Origin: Chiloscyllium plagiosum
Taxonomy: Eukaryota
Direction: 5' to 3'
DNA: 64,000 nucleotides
Assembly: GCF_004010195.1 (NCBI RefSeq)
Contig: NC_057749.1
Coordinates: 14,357,142 to 14,421,141 of the forward strand
Shown here: piece after piece, positions 11,768 to 24,809 of the stretch
Layout: each line of letters begins with the position of its first letter
How positions within the stretch are numbered: the stretch's first letter is position 1
Program-made: the position numbers and the translations under genes
Notes under the pieces: generated by a model
Told to the model about the DNA's origin: nothing
What the model saw: only the letters and a program-made list of their open reading frames with translations
Databases searched by the model: none

Positions 11768-14273
11768 TTGTATTGTCATCTGATGTTGGACTTTTGTTTA
11801 AAAACCATACTCACGTTTCTGATACTGATACTCATCGATTTGTATTTACATGTTAAATTCTATGAATAATTAAACATAACAATTCCAGATCTAAAAATAA
11901 ACTTGTATGAAAAGTTACTTTTAAACGCTAATTACAAGTACTAAAAGTCTGGATAAATTACCATATGATCAGAATCGGTGTCACAATTCACAGCTTTATG
12001 GCATTGAAAGTGACTGATTTAAAATACCAATTATAATCAGATGACTGAATCAACAATGATAGGCTAATCCGCTGGATTTCCTGAGCAAAAGGGACTGTAA
12101 CACACAGAAAAAGGAAATGTAAAGCAGCTGGTGCCAGGCAGCCTTATGTTCATGAATCATGACTCTGTTGTTTAAAAAGTTCAATCCATGATGTTACATG
12201 CTTTTGTACGTAAATCCAACTATATCAATCAATGCTGTGAACTTAAGGTTACAGGAAACAAATTTATTTCTCAGAACAATAGATGCAATAGAGGCTTGAC
12301 TGTACATTTAACTACAACGCCTACAGAAACTAGGAATCATCAAGAATCATCAGTTTATCAGCAAAATGGAGCACATTCATAGAAACTACAAGTAAATTAG
12401 ATGGACACATTTTGTAATGAATGAGAAGCAATATAAACAAAATGGCATAATATTAAAAGAAATACAGGAACAGAGACTTGGACTCACATACAAAGTCACT
12501 TAAAGTGCAGAACTTGGATATTGCTGAAAAAGAAAGGCATGCCATTGTTTCCACCTAGCACTCATCATGACAAACAAGAAAGCCAAATTTTAAAGGGAGC
12601 AACAATTTATACTACATGAGAAAAGGGCACTAATTGGTTGACAAGTCAACTCTGATTCATTGAAGTGCTGCAACTAACAACTATTTTCCCTCTTGTTCTT
12701 GCTCAAAATCTTTCAAAGTGGGAAGTTGTTAAAAAGAAGAGATGGAATCCTAACCCTTCCGTTCTACAGAGATCGGAGCACAAAAGGAAGAAACCAATAT
12801 TAAACATTTAGAAATCACTGGTTAGGCTTCAGGCATAGTGTGTCCAATTCAAGGCATCACATTTTAGGAAGGATATGGGTGCAAACTTTTATGCAGTTGA
12901 TAATCAAGCTCACTCATCCCTAATGTGTTTAAAGATAAGTAGACAAGCAAGAGGATGGAAGAACACAACAAGCCAGGCAACATCAGGAATCAACATTTCA
13001 GGTGTAACCCTTCTTCCGGTGGATGTAAGGGGAGCTGCAGATAAAGGGTGTGGTGGGGGCAGGGTGGGAAGGTGGGGATAAGTGAACACAGGTAGAAGGT
13101 ACGACCTGCTCAGTGGATGGGAGGAATGAATCCAGTTGGTGGCTAGAAGGAAGGGCCGAAGAGAAGAATGGAAGGGAAGGAGGAGGAGCTGAAGAGGGGC
13201 TGTTCTACATAGCTAACAAAGAGGCAGATGTAACTGGGGCCCATCGAAGTGCCCATGGCCACTCTCTGGATTTGGAGGAAATGGGAGGAGTTAAAGGAAA
13301 AGTTATTAAGGGTGAGGACTACGGGATGGCCATGGATGGGGCCCAGCTACACCTGTCTCTTTGTCGGCTACTTTGAACAGTCCCTCTTTAGTACCTACAC
13401 AGACACTGTGCCCCAGCTCTTTTGCCGTTACGTCAATGACTGCATCTATGCAGCATCCTGCACCCAGGCTGAACTGGAGCAGTTCATCAACTTTGCCCAC
13501 AACTTCCACCCTGCCCTCAAATTCACTTGGTCCATCTTGTACACCTCCCTCCCCTTTCTCAACCTCTCCATTTCCATCTCCGGTGACTGTCTCCAGATGG
13601 ACATTTATCATAAACCCACAGACTCTCTCAACTATCTGGACTACACCTCCTCGCACCCAGGATCATGCAAGAAATCCATTCCATTCTCCCAATTCCTTTG
13701 CCTCCCCCACATCTGCTCAGACAAGGGGATATTCCACTTCCAAGCATCCCAGTTGTCCACCTATTTTGAACAACATGCTTTCTCCCTTCTCATCTAGACA
13801 ACCCATCACCGCACTGCCTCCATTCCACATTCCATTGCTCTAACTCCCCTTCCCCAAATGCGATAAAGACGGGGTTGCCCTTGTCTTCACCTACCACCCC
13901 ACCAACACATCCAACACATCATCCTTAAACACTTTCTCCAACTAGACCTCACCACCAAGAACATTTTCCCATTCGCACCCCTCTCCACCTTCCGCAAGGA
14001 CTGTTCCCTTTGCCAATCCTTGGTTTGCCAACTCTCCCCACCAACCCTCTCCCCTACCCGAAAACTCCCAGGTATTTTTCCCTGAACAGGAAAGATGAAA
14101 AACCTGCCTCTCCTCCAACCTAATGTACTGCATCAGGTGCTCCCACTGTGGTCTTCTCTACATCAAGGATTCCAAACGTAAACGAGGGAATGTTTTGCTC
14201 AGCATCTCAGCCAGGCCCGCAGGGGCCGACCTGACCTCCCAGTTACCCCCAATTTTAATCCCCTTCCCACTCC

Positions 14274-14634
14274 CTTTCTGACATCATCATCCTTGGCCTC
14301 CTCCTTTGCGACAACAAATCAAACCGCACATTTAAGGAACAACACCTCATCTTCTGCCTGAGCAGACTCTAACTGCCCAAAGGACTCCATTTTGGGAAAG
14401 CAAATCTTAACAGGACTTTATAACTTGATAGTAAGGTCCTGGGAGTATTACTTTTAGTAATACTCCCAGGACCTTACTATCAAGTTATAAAGTCCTGTTA
14501 AGATTTGCTTTCCCAAAATGGAGTCCTTTGGGCAGTTAGAGTCTGCTCAGGCAGAAGATGAGGTGTTGTTCCTTAAATGTGCGGTTTGATTTGTTGTCGC
14601 AAAGGAGAAGGCCAAGGATGATGATGTCAGAAAG
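14274..14634. repeat. Near-perfect inverted duplication (179-bp arms, 3-nt spacer)
   Basis: 14274-14452 is the reverse complement of 14456-14634; one mismatch noticed by eye. Confidence 0.95.
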
Positions 14635-15312
14635 TAATACTCCTTGAAAGTAGAGTCGCAGGTAGATAGGATAGTGAAGAAGGTATTTGGTATAATTTCT
14701 TTTATTGGCCAGGGTACTGAGTACAGGAGTTGGAAAGTCATATTGCAGCTGTACAGGACAGTGGTTAGGCCACTTTTGGAATATCGCTTGCAGTTCTGGT
14801 CTCCTTCATATTGGAAGGATATTCTGAAACTTGAAAGGGTTTAGAAAGATTTACAAGGATGTTGCCAGGGTTGGAGGATTTGAGCTATGGGGAGTGGTTG
14901 AACAGGATGGGGCTGCTTTCCCTCAGAGACTGAGGGGTGACCTTACAGAGGTTTATAGAATTATGAGGGGCATATTTGGATAAGTAGACAAGGTCTTTTC
15001 CCTGGGGTGGGGGAGTCCAAAACCAGAGGGCATAGGTTTAGGGAGAGAGGGGAAAGATATAAAAGAGACCCAATGAGCAACTTTTTCCACAAAGAGGGTG
15101 GCGTGTGTGGGGAATGGGCTGACAGAGGAAGTGGTGGAGGCTAGTACAACTGCAACATTTAAAAGTCATATGGATGGGTATATGAATAGGAAAGGTTTGG
15201 AGGGATATGGACCAGATGCTGGCAGGTGGGTCTAGGTTGGGTTGGGATATCTGGTCGGCATGGACGAGTTGGACCAAAGGGTCTGTTTCCATGCTGTACA
15301 TCTCTATGACTC
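14389..15312 (+). mobile_element. CR1 LINE 3' fragment nested in the PLE
   Basis: cattttgggaaagcaaatc start; ORF VESQVDRIVKKVFG..VRPLLEYRLQFWSP; tail atgctgtacatctctatgactc. Confidence 0.9.
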
Positions 15313-15659
15313 AAAACTCAGTTCTTCAATTTCAAATAACCTCCCTTCCCATCACCCAACTCCCTTCCCAGCACTTACCCCCTTCCCTTCCATTCCTCTC
15401 ATTGACCCTTCCTTCTAGCCACCAACCGAATTCACTCATCCCATCGACTGACCAGGTCGTACCCTCTACCTGTATTCACCATCCCCACCCTGCCACACCA
15501 CCCCCTTTATCTCCAGTTCCCCTTACACACACCTCCAGTCCTGAAGGGTTACACCCAAAACTTTGACTTCTCTGATGTTGCCTGGCTTGCTGTGTTCTTC
15601 CAGCTTCCTACTTCTCTACCTTGGATTTCAACATTTGCAGTTTTATTTGTCTCTAACCA

Positions 15660-16062
15660 AGTGTTTAGAGATTAGAGCAGTTAGAATTTCTCTCTTTAGA
15701 GGAAAGGAGATTAATGGCAATATTTAGAAGATGTGATCAAAAGAAGAATTTTGGTAACAGTAGAGAGGGAGAAAATGTTTCCATTGGCAGGGGACACACA
15801 TTTAAGATATTTGGCAAAAGAACCAGAGGAGAGATGAATAGATTCATTTTAAATGTAAAGTGTTTGAGCAATTTGGATGCACTGCTGAAATGATGGTGAA
15901 AGCAGATGCTGCAGTCTCTTTCAAAGGGGACTGTAGACACATGTAATTGTAAATGGAGAAAGGTGATTAGGGAAAAAAGACCTGAGAGCTTGACGAACTG
16001 AATAGCACTCACAAAGAGTTTGAACAGGTACAATAGGAATTCTCCTGTATTGTATGATTTTA
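15660..16062 (+). mobile_element. Old CR1-like 3' fragment (probably continues from ~12815-12880)
   Basis: Decayed LELFSLE.RRL.G.L..V motif and a ctcctgtattgtatgatttt tail. Confidence 0.55.
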
Positions 16063-16657
16063 CAATACAAATATTTATAATAATTGGAAAGGGATCTCAG
16101 TTCCATTAATTATAATATAAAGCACCACTATAATGTTAGAAGAATTCAGATGTTGAGCAGATTGCATTGCACAAATTGTAGTAAAAATCCACAATAGTAT
16201 TAGTACCATGGTATGATGAATGACAGGTCATCATTTGGTCTATCATGCCTGTGTCAGTTCTTTTGTAGAATTTTCTAATCAGTCCCACCTCTCTGCTCTT
16301 TCTTCAAAGTTCTTTCTTTTCTTTAATCTTCTTATAATTTCTCTATAAATGTTTTTAAAAATCAATCTGCTCTACCAGTCTTTCAGACAGTACTTGCAGA
16401 ACACAACAGCTCACTTTTATCCCCCTGCTGGTTCTTTTACCAATTGACCTTTGGTTATCAACCTGTCAGGCTCTGTTCTAATTCTAAAAGCATGTATTTT
16501 CTAACCTGATAATTTCAATGTACATAATGGAAGAACTCCAATCGATGCTTTCACTAAAAGGTACAGAGCAAGTGACAATCATTTCTTAAATGCAAACCAA
16601 ATTACTGCTGTTGTAATTCTCTCTTCTGACGTTACTTATAATCTCTCAACCCTCTGT

Positions 16658-16970
16658 GGGCAGCATGGTGGCTCAGTGGTTAGCAATGCTTCCTCATAGC
16701 GCCAGGGATCTGGGTTAAATTCCACCTTTAGGCGACTGATTTGTGTGGAGTTTGCACAATGCCTTTGTGGGTTTCCTCCAGTTGCTCCAGTTTCCTTCCA
16801 CAGTCCAAATATGTGCAAGCTAGGTGGATTGGCCATGCTAAAATTGCCCACACTGGCCAGGAATATGCAGGGTTATGGGGTTAAGGAGGTCTAAATGGGA
16901 TGCTCAGAGGGTCAGTGTGGATTTGATAGGCTGAATGGCCTGTTTTCACATTGTTGGCATTTTATGATTC
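16658..16970 (+). mobile_element. HE1-like V-SINE (tRNA-derived)
   Basis: A-box gtggctcagtggttagc, B-box ggttaaattcc, V-domain gtgtggagtttgcac..ggtttcctcc..ttggccatgctaaattgccc. Confidence 0.9.
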
Positions 16971-18129
16971 TTCTCCCTCTTCCACAAAATGCAGCCATTT
17001 ATCATATGAATTATGATTCCACAGATGGCAGTAAACCTTCCATCCACGACCCAGGTGTCTTCCGAACAGTCTTATCTTTTTTGTACACTCACTCGTGCAT
17101 TTAAAATAGTCTTCAAGAACAAGGTTTGTGACTGATTGTATCCCTCTCTCCATCCCTAATCCAGGAAAATGGAGATCAAAGCAGAGTTTCCTTATCATCC
17201 AATTTATCACTACTCAGCAATTTGAAATGGAATTTTGCTGATCTATATGGCTAAGCATCACACCATGATATCATTGAGGTAAGCATACAAAGCAAACCAG
17301 GTGTTCCAACAGGTCATTTTTCTTAGGCAACAGACTGCTTTGTAAGAATTGTTCAACAGCTTGTATATCAGTCACATGCAAAACTTAGGAAATGTTGTAG
17401 CCTAAGTTTATTTTTGCATTAATGATGTCACAAATTTTAAAACAGAACCATTTTATTGACAATTATCCCTTCCAGTTGATAGAACGTTAATTTCTCAACT
17501 CTTTGTTAATGTGTTAAAATTATGTAACATTTTGCCAACTGATCTTGGAAAAGAGGGTTGCCAGCCTATGCCACAAACAAGCTGTGAATAAACCACAGGA
17601 CTTTGTATAAAAATGTTTAATATTCAAGTTTTTGTAAAGAACAATGATCAAATGGATTGCGGACTTAATACATTCCAGCTAGTTCTTTAAATACAAATTG
17701 TGCAAGTTCACAGAATGCGACATGATCCATGCAATAATGTTTAAGGAAGAACCCCAGGTTTATAAGGAGTTAATTGCAATAGATGTCCTGGTTAAAGCTG
17801 CAATTAAATATTCTACTTAATGCAAGTACAATGCATTTTCAAAAAGCCCTGACACTAATATTTATGGTTATTGCTATAAGAAAACTTTGCTAAAAGTTTT
17901 GAGCATACCTTGTACTCATATTTCACATAAATCTACAACAGGAAGTGAATTATTAGTGACAATATAATGGAGAACATTTAATCAGACACTATACCTAACT
18001 GGAGTCACAATAGCTTCTTCACGCTCAATTCTTTATGAACAACATAAAAAGCAGGTAAATTTTCTATTACTTCTAGGATATATTTTAATCATCAAAAGAA
18101 CAGGTTCCCAACTAATCCACAAAATTCTT

Positions 18130-18575
18130 GAATCACAAGAGAATTAGAAGCAGTAGGTAGTTGATCCCCTTTTCACCATTCAGTAGCTGATCTGAAGGTG
18201 GTCTTAAATTCATTTTCATATCTGGACACCTAATCCCATAACTCTTCACTTTCTTATAGATCAAAAATCTGTCTAATTCATCCTTGGATATATTCAATTA
18301 GCCAGTTCTCTGATGTATAGAATTCCAAAGGTTAACAACTCAGAGGGAAATGTTTCTTTCTCTCTGCCTTAAATTGGCTTAGTCTTATTTTGAAATGATG
18401 TCCCCACTTCTAGATTCTGAGGGGAAACATCCTCTCATCATCTATTTTCAAGACCCCTGAGAATCCAATGTTCAATAAGATCACTTCTCCATTTGAATGA
18501 GTTAAGCCCCAACCTTTCCTTCAATTCATCCCAAGATCAGCCAATCGATCCTTCTCTGAACTGCCTCCAATGCAA
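18130..18575 (-). mobile_element. Old CR1-like 3' fragment
   Basis: Decayed reverse complement of a CR1 3' end (gaattccaaag..cagagggaaatgtttc..ggggaaacatcctctc..tctat). Confidence 0.5.
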
Positions 18576-19109
18576 TGAACTCTACTTCAAAATCTCTAAA
18601 TTATTTGGATTTCTCATAAATTTATTAACTACAATAAAAAAGTTATCCTGGAACCTCAGGAAAATAGACTATGCTGAAACTTTCATTTCCATACAAACTA
18701 ATAGTGTGCAGGAGTTGAAGATGCATGGTGAACAATGAAGATGCATATCTTTGTCACACAGTACTGGTGAATATAGGTAATATTTTGATTTTTTTTAATT
18801 TAGCCGTCAAAAGTTCACTATGTATTATTTTTGAAAATTGATAGAACTGTGACCTGTTCCAGCTTCAAAAAGACAATAACTCATTTTCATGGAGCTGTTG
18901 TCATTTAAAAATTGCAGGCACTAGCAATTTTCACAGTGCAGGTGGCAAGTCCCTTCTCTGCACTCCCAAACTGGTCACTCAATTTCAGAGATAGACATTT
19001 GAAATTTTCATGGAGTTGAGCCAGTATTTCAATGACACATGCTTCACAGCCTTTCAGCGGAGTGTGACCATAAAATGGATTGGGAAGCTAATCAAGGTCT
19101 TACCAATGA

Positions 19110-19205
19110 AACAAAAACATTGTTGGAAAAGCTCAGCATGTCTGGCAGTCTATGTGGAGAGAAATCAGAGTAAACATTTTAGATCCAGTGACCCTTCCTC
19201 AGGAC
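19110..19205 (-). mobile_element. Decayed hammerhead mini-element (family D)
   Basis: Minus strand reads cctgagga-agggtcactggatct-aaaatgtt-tactctg.. followed by a ctgagcttttcca tail. CUGAGGA is intact, GAAAC is decayed. Confidence 0.6.
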
Positions 19206-20739
19206 AATTAGCAACAAACTCTCCTTTTCCTCCATCATCCTTCCACGTCACTCATCCAGCATTGGCTATGTACAAAACCGATGGCCATATAATAACAAAG
19301 AGAACTGTTGAAAGCTGAAGAAGAAAATCAAAGGGCTGAAAGACATACATTGGTGGGGCCCTTTCTATCAAAGAGTTTGCCAGGCTGGGAAAATTCTTGA
19401 CTTGACCAGCCACCTCAGTAACAAAAACATAACCTTTTAAATTTTACATGTTCACAGGAATCCATTTATCTTAAAGGTTTTTTTTTTAACCCCTGTGGGC
19501 AATGACACATATAAAGAAAAGAAAACATTGTGCAGAAGTCACAAACGTTTATTTCCATTTAGTTAGTTTTTGGATTACTGCTCAGAAAGTTGTCACCTAA
19601 AAGCCTGCATTCACTTCCACAATTCCATTTGATGTTCAAATTGCAAAAGAAAACTGTACTGGTCTTTTCACTTATACAGCAGTGTCCGACTTCTATTTTC
19701 TTGTTAATAACCCAAAAGGAAAAGAAAGTGGTCCTTGCACCTTAAAAACTATTATGCCCCACAAATAACCCAAATCTAAAGGAAGGATTCACACAGCTGC
19801 TGGTGTGCCACCGCTTAATATAAGTAGGCTACATATTACAAGTTAATAATGCTCAGCTTACTGTCCTTCCCTTGTGGGCAACTGTGACTTGTGGGCAAAA
19901 GAATAATCATACATGCACAAGTTTCTGTCCTGTCATAGGTACTATGTGATATTCCCTCAATCTAAATCAGACCATTTTCTCACCACCTCAAGTTCTAGTA
20001 TATGCAATCTCAAAAACAATTCTGAAACTCAAATTCAATATTCATGGTAAATATCATTAAAATAATCATGTTGAAATTACAAAGCACCTGCCTAGCCAGG
20101 TATCGTATATATTAGCGAACTAAACAACTACTGTGCAATAACCCTGTAGTAATTTTGAGTGTGATTAATCTTCAAAATATATGCAACTGAAATTGCTTCA
20201 AATTCCTGGAATTTCAGTACAGGGTACTCTGTTCTTCGCATGTGCATTCAGAATTAACTGATTTTCAAGCTTCACAACCTGTTGATTTTCAGTAATTTAT
20301 TTATAAAGTACATATTGGTTTTTATTTGTTTGATCAGCATTATGATATTAGACAACTATCCATGGTCAATTCTAAAGATTAAATGAAAAGTAATCATTTT
20401 TCTTTCTGTAGGATGAATCCAAATTGAAAAACCCCAAACACAACAAAATTACTTTTTAGAGATGATTATCTTTGTAGCAGGTGATCTCAGAATAGTTAGT
20501 ATTCTAGACACCATCACGAGGTACATGGGTGTTGACTTGCTGACATTGACTTCTCAGATATTTCTGGAAGTTTATTGCCAAGTCCAGTCAGATGGTTAAG
20601 CATCAACAAGATGGCTGCCAAGTTTGTTGACTGATTGTCTAAATTTGTTTTTAAAATTTGGTTTGGGACAAGAAAGTATCTGTAATGAGTATGAATAGAT
20701 TTATCATATTTGATGATTTGGTCCAAATATAGATGATAT

Positions 20740-21052
20740 TCAAAGTTTGGGAGAAGATTTGTCGCTCGGGTGCTCGTTGTTGTGGTTCTGTTCACCGAGC
20801 TGGAAGTTTTTGTTGCAAACGTTTCGTCCCCTGTCTAGGTGCTTGGGAGCCTCCTGTGAAGCGCTTCTGTAGTGTTTCCTCCGGCATTTATGTTTATGCT
20901 GCTGTGAAGCGGCAGGGACAGGCCACTATAAATGCCGGAGGAAACACCACCGAAGCGCTTCACAGGAGGCTCCCAAGGACTGAGGATGTCACCTAGACAG
21001 GGGACGAAACGTTTGCAACAAAAATTTCCAGCTCGGCGAACAGAACCACAAC
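20740..21052. mobile_element. Palindromic hammerhead mini-element (family C)
   Basis: 11-bp TSD atagatgatat at 20729-20739 and 21053-21063. Inverted arms ~20778-20891 and ~20928-21053. Confidence 0.9.
20977..21016 (+). ncRNA. Minimal type I hammerhead motif
   Basis: gga-CUGAGGA-U-GUCACC-uagaca-GGGGAC-GAAA-CG-UU-ugc. Core is present with a palindromic ACGU stem III; stem I has one mismatch and GUU is a non-optimal cleavage triplet. Confidence 0.6.
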
Positions 21053-21480
21053 ATAGATGATATATTTAAGTGTGTAGATATCTTAAATTCTCTCTACCAC
21101 GTTTGATTTTATAAACCTAGTTTATTTAATGTGCAGTAATGCAGGGTTAAATGCTTAATTTATTATTCCATACACAAAACACAGCAAAAAGTAGAGATGA
21201 TTAATAGCTTTCAGATTTATAGAAGCAAAAGCACTAATCGAGTAGTGTTTACCTACTAGAAAGAGAACATTTCAGCACCTTCCTTCTCTAGAGTTTAACC
21301 AATGCAACTGTAATGAATCCATATAGGCTCACAGCATTTTCCAAATAAAAATGCAATCTTCATTATTTATGATTTTTTAAAAGGTTTTCTCCCCTCCTAT
21401 CCTTACCGGTTGTTGTAGTCCTTACAAATTCAGGCTCAGAAACAGAGGAAGTGGAGGAGATACACTCCATTGTTTAAAAA

Positions 21481-21698
21481 GGGGATCAGTTAGTTCAGTT
21501 AGCTGGATGGCCAGTTTGCAATGTGGAGTCATGCCAACAACAGAGGTTCAACTCCCACAATGGCTGAGGTTACCAAGAAGACTCTCCTCAACTTCTTCCC
21601 TCGCCTGAGGCATGGTGACTCTCAGGTTAAACAATCACCAGTCTCCTCTCTAATGAGAATGCAGACCTATAGTCCAGTATGACTTTGGCAACTTTACC
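21481..21698 (+). mobile_element. tRNA-derived SINE relic (distinct from the V-SINE)
   Basis: A-box-like tagttcagttagctgg and B-box-like ggttcaactccc followed by a ~150-nt body. Confidence 0.5.
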
Positions 21699-23844
21699 TA
21701 TCTTTAAAATAGTGGCTTCAGTATATTTCTCAGCTTGCCACCATCTTCTTCAACCTCACCCAGAAAGCTATTGTTCACACCAGAGCCTAAACAAGGAATA
21801 CCTATCCAAAGTAGAGGTCATTGGAAGAGAGTTTGCAACAGGAGTGTACGGACACTTGCCAACCATGGGTAAATTTGGGGTAATCAAAAACAAGATTGAT
21901 TTTCCCCTTTCTCAGTCCAAGTACACTGAAGACAAAAAAACACCAGAGTTTAGCTATATTAGGAACAGGAATCTTCTAATCTGGCTGACTAACACTAAAT
22001 TACCAACTGAGAAATTGGGGAAGGTACTTCAGATACAAGGTCAAGCTTTTTTCCCAGAATACTGTTAAAACAACATAAAGTAAATTAAACCGAAGACTAT
22101 GTCAAAAATAAAATCAAAGCAACATCATTAACATTTAAAGTGGCTAATACAATCACGAGGTGTAGTTGTTGTCCTTAAAATGATTATTGGAAATTCACTG
22201 TTTTGAGTGAAGTATCATCAAAAAGTATCACAGTAGCATTTAGTTCATTGCACTCAGAAGTTGCCATGGAAATACTGGTCAGATTGAAAACCTATAAGTT
22301 CAGTGTGGTATGGAATTGTGCAGTTCTAAATTATGGTATTAAGATTATACTCACTACCTGCCCTTTAAAGGATCATAGGCAAAACAAGGGAAAGCAAATT
22401 ATCTTCACATTGATTTTAAAAAGTTCTCTTGGATGAATTGCATTTCTCATTACAAATTAAATTAATTTTTATAATGACACTCAGTATCACTACATAAATT
22501 GTTTTAAAACTGTCCATAAATATTCAACATTCTGAAGATTATTTTATATCAGGTATCTGCCAGTTAGAGAAACTAAAACATCAGTAAAAGATTTAGACTG
22601 CATTTAAAGTTAATTGGTAACAGACAACATTAAAAGGCAGCAAGTACAATTGCTTTGGGACAGTGAGAAATCAAATTGCTCTACTATTTATGCTTGCATG
22701 ATTTATTTACAGCAATATCAAAAGCATCTCTAAATTTATATTTCCTCCTATTCCACAAAGCAGCTTTGAACTTTTTAATAAATTGAATTATAACAGATGA
22801 GAATTATGGAGAATAGCAAAATTAATTCAGTGAAAACCACAACATGCATCTATACACAATAAGTGGTTTCAGACAAACATGAGTTGCAATCCTGTAGATT
22901 TTCCCAAAACAAGTTTTTAAAACATGCAGTGCAGGTTTTAAAACATGCCGACAAAGGAAATTAACTGTTTGATGTTTGTATTGCTGCTCTGCAATACAGA
23001 AAATAAACAGTAAATTAACATTCTAGTCTTTTAAAAAATTAGTGCTCCGCTCTATTCTAAACTCAAGAAAAATAAGATACTTTCAATAAAAAACAAAGCT
23101 AGCTCAGTACATACACCTCACTGTATGCAAAAAACAAATGTAACATGCATGTACGGCATTAGCTTGAAAGCATAATTAAAACTTTTCATTCTATTACTAA
23201 TATTCAGTTTTGGATCAACACATTTTTAAATAAAAATTAGGATCACAGTAAATGATGAGATTAAATGAAAAGATCTTCTGAAAATCCATAATGGTGTAAT
23301 GAGCCATTAGACGTTGATCCCCAGAACCCAGCTTCGTCATGGACCTAGACTCTCAAAACGACCACATACAAGACAGCACTCTAGAACATATGAGCTGTCG
23401 CAGCTGCCAGGGTAGCGGATAGGGAAGTGATAACAGTGATCACAGATCCCCTGAATAATTACTGAATGGAACCTCTTCATGTTATGAATTCCACAGCATT
23501 GTGATACAACCCTCTCAGTGCCACATGTGTAGTGATGAAACTCCACACCCAGATGATCCAGCAACATTCCTGATCCAACAGCCTGGGCCACAGCACAAGG
23601 CTTATTATTGGGGAACAAAATGAATCTGTTTGACCTTGTACAGATGGCATCAGTCACTGTCCTGATGCATTTATATGTGCATGAGGGATCCCTGAAAAGG
23701 TCACCTATTGCTCCTTGGATGGAGCCTGTGGCAGAGAAGTTCAGCTTCTACGAGCTTCTATTCAGGTTCAAAAACCTTCGCTACCAGTGAGAGACAATGG
23801 CCTCTCACTCCTATACCCAGCATTGTTCCATCATGGAGTTGCAA

Positions 23845-24085
23845 TTAAAGGCCAAGGTGAGAAAGAATTTCTTCACTGAGGGTTGAGTGTCTTTGAAACT
23901 TTGTCACAGAGTCATGTAGGGGCTGGGTCCTTGTTTAGATTTAAGGCTCATTCACTTGGGGAATCAAGGTTTATGAGGCAACACAAAATAGATATGGGGA
24001 TTGCCATGTCAGCCATGCTCCTATTGAGTGGTGGAGCAGGGTTGAGGGGCCATTCAGCCTATAACCTGTTCCTATTTCTTTGGTC
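23845..24085 (+). mobile_element. Old CR1-like 3' end
   Basis: gagaaagaatttcttcactgagggttg..tcagccatg..tggtggagcagggttgaggggc..cctat..tgttcctatttc; similar to 61000-61260. Confidence 0.65.
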
Positions 24086-24809
24086 TTTATAATCATACAG
24101 TGAGATGTATTGCAGGTGGATAATAAGGGACATGTCTCCACAACATCCACAAGAAATGCCATACCATTTGTGAAAAGGCCTCACCAATGATTCCACCATA
24201 CACTTCATCATAGATCACTTTGTTTAGACCCTGAGAAGATTTCATCTGAATTTAATACCTCATCCAAACTTAGCATGTTAACAGCATTCATAATACTTTT
24301 GTAGTTGTAGTTTGGAGACACAGCAAAACCATCACTAAACCAGTTTCTCCATCCCCCATCCCATCCAGTCACACTAGCCTAAACCACTACAGCAATTAGA
24401 TGCTGAACATTGTTCACTGATGAAAGCCAGTGTTCTATATTGTACAGTTTGTTTAGAATAATGGTCCTTTCATCTGGATTGGGGGGGGTCTCTTCAGGCT
24501 CGTAAAAGATAAACCTTCAAAGATATTGGTCAACTGTTGACGGACAGAGAATTCTGCTCACTTCCCTATGTTTGGATGAGGGTCAGTTATCTGGCTTTTT
24601 TTAAAAAAATGCTGATTCACAATGCAACAACTAAGTTAGCTCCAAAGTTTTGGAAGAATTAATTCACATTTTATAGCAAGCTGAAGTCAGTTAGCCCAGC
24701 TGTGTCCACTATAATCAAACCAAATGACAACTGAGGAATAGATGGGTGAGACAGGCTGTTCAACAACATTTGGGGGGAGGCAAATCAACATTAATTAATT
24801 TCTAAAATT

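Larger units (their letters stand above)
12935..15660 (+). mobile_element. Penelope-like element, decayed, with inverted terminal pLTR copies; interrupted by CR1
   Basis: RT fragment MGPSYTCLFVGYFEQ..RYVNDCI..KFTWS..PFLNL..DIYHKPTDS..YLDYTSSHP (13321-13797). GIY-YIG-like NLMYCIRCSHCGLLYI at ~14116-14165. 12935-13200 is the reverse complement of ~15340-15630. Inverted RT piece at 13200-13320. Confidence 0.9.

Noticed and set aside
11813..11857. Possible 45-nt minus-strand exon (catag|...AAAC|gtgagt)
   Set aside because: Weak pyrimidine tract and unrecognised peptide; within chance expectation.
12510..12680. Possible fifth PLE-tail/hammerhead family on the minus strand (atgatgagtgc..gaaac)
   Set aside because: The core and stems are too degenerate to support a call.
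23300..23830. Possible Tx1/L1-clade RT 3' relic
   Set aside because: Only a vague resemblance; no motif could be verified by eye.
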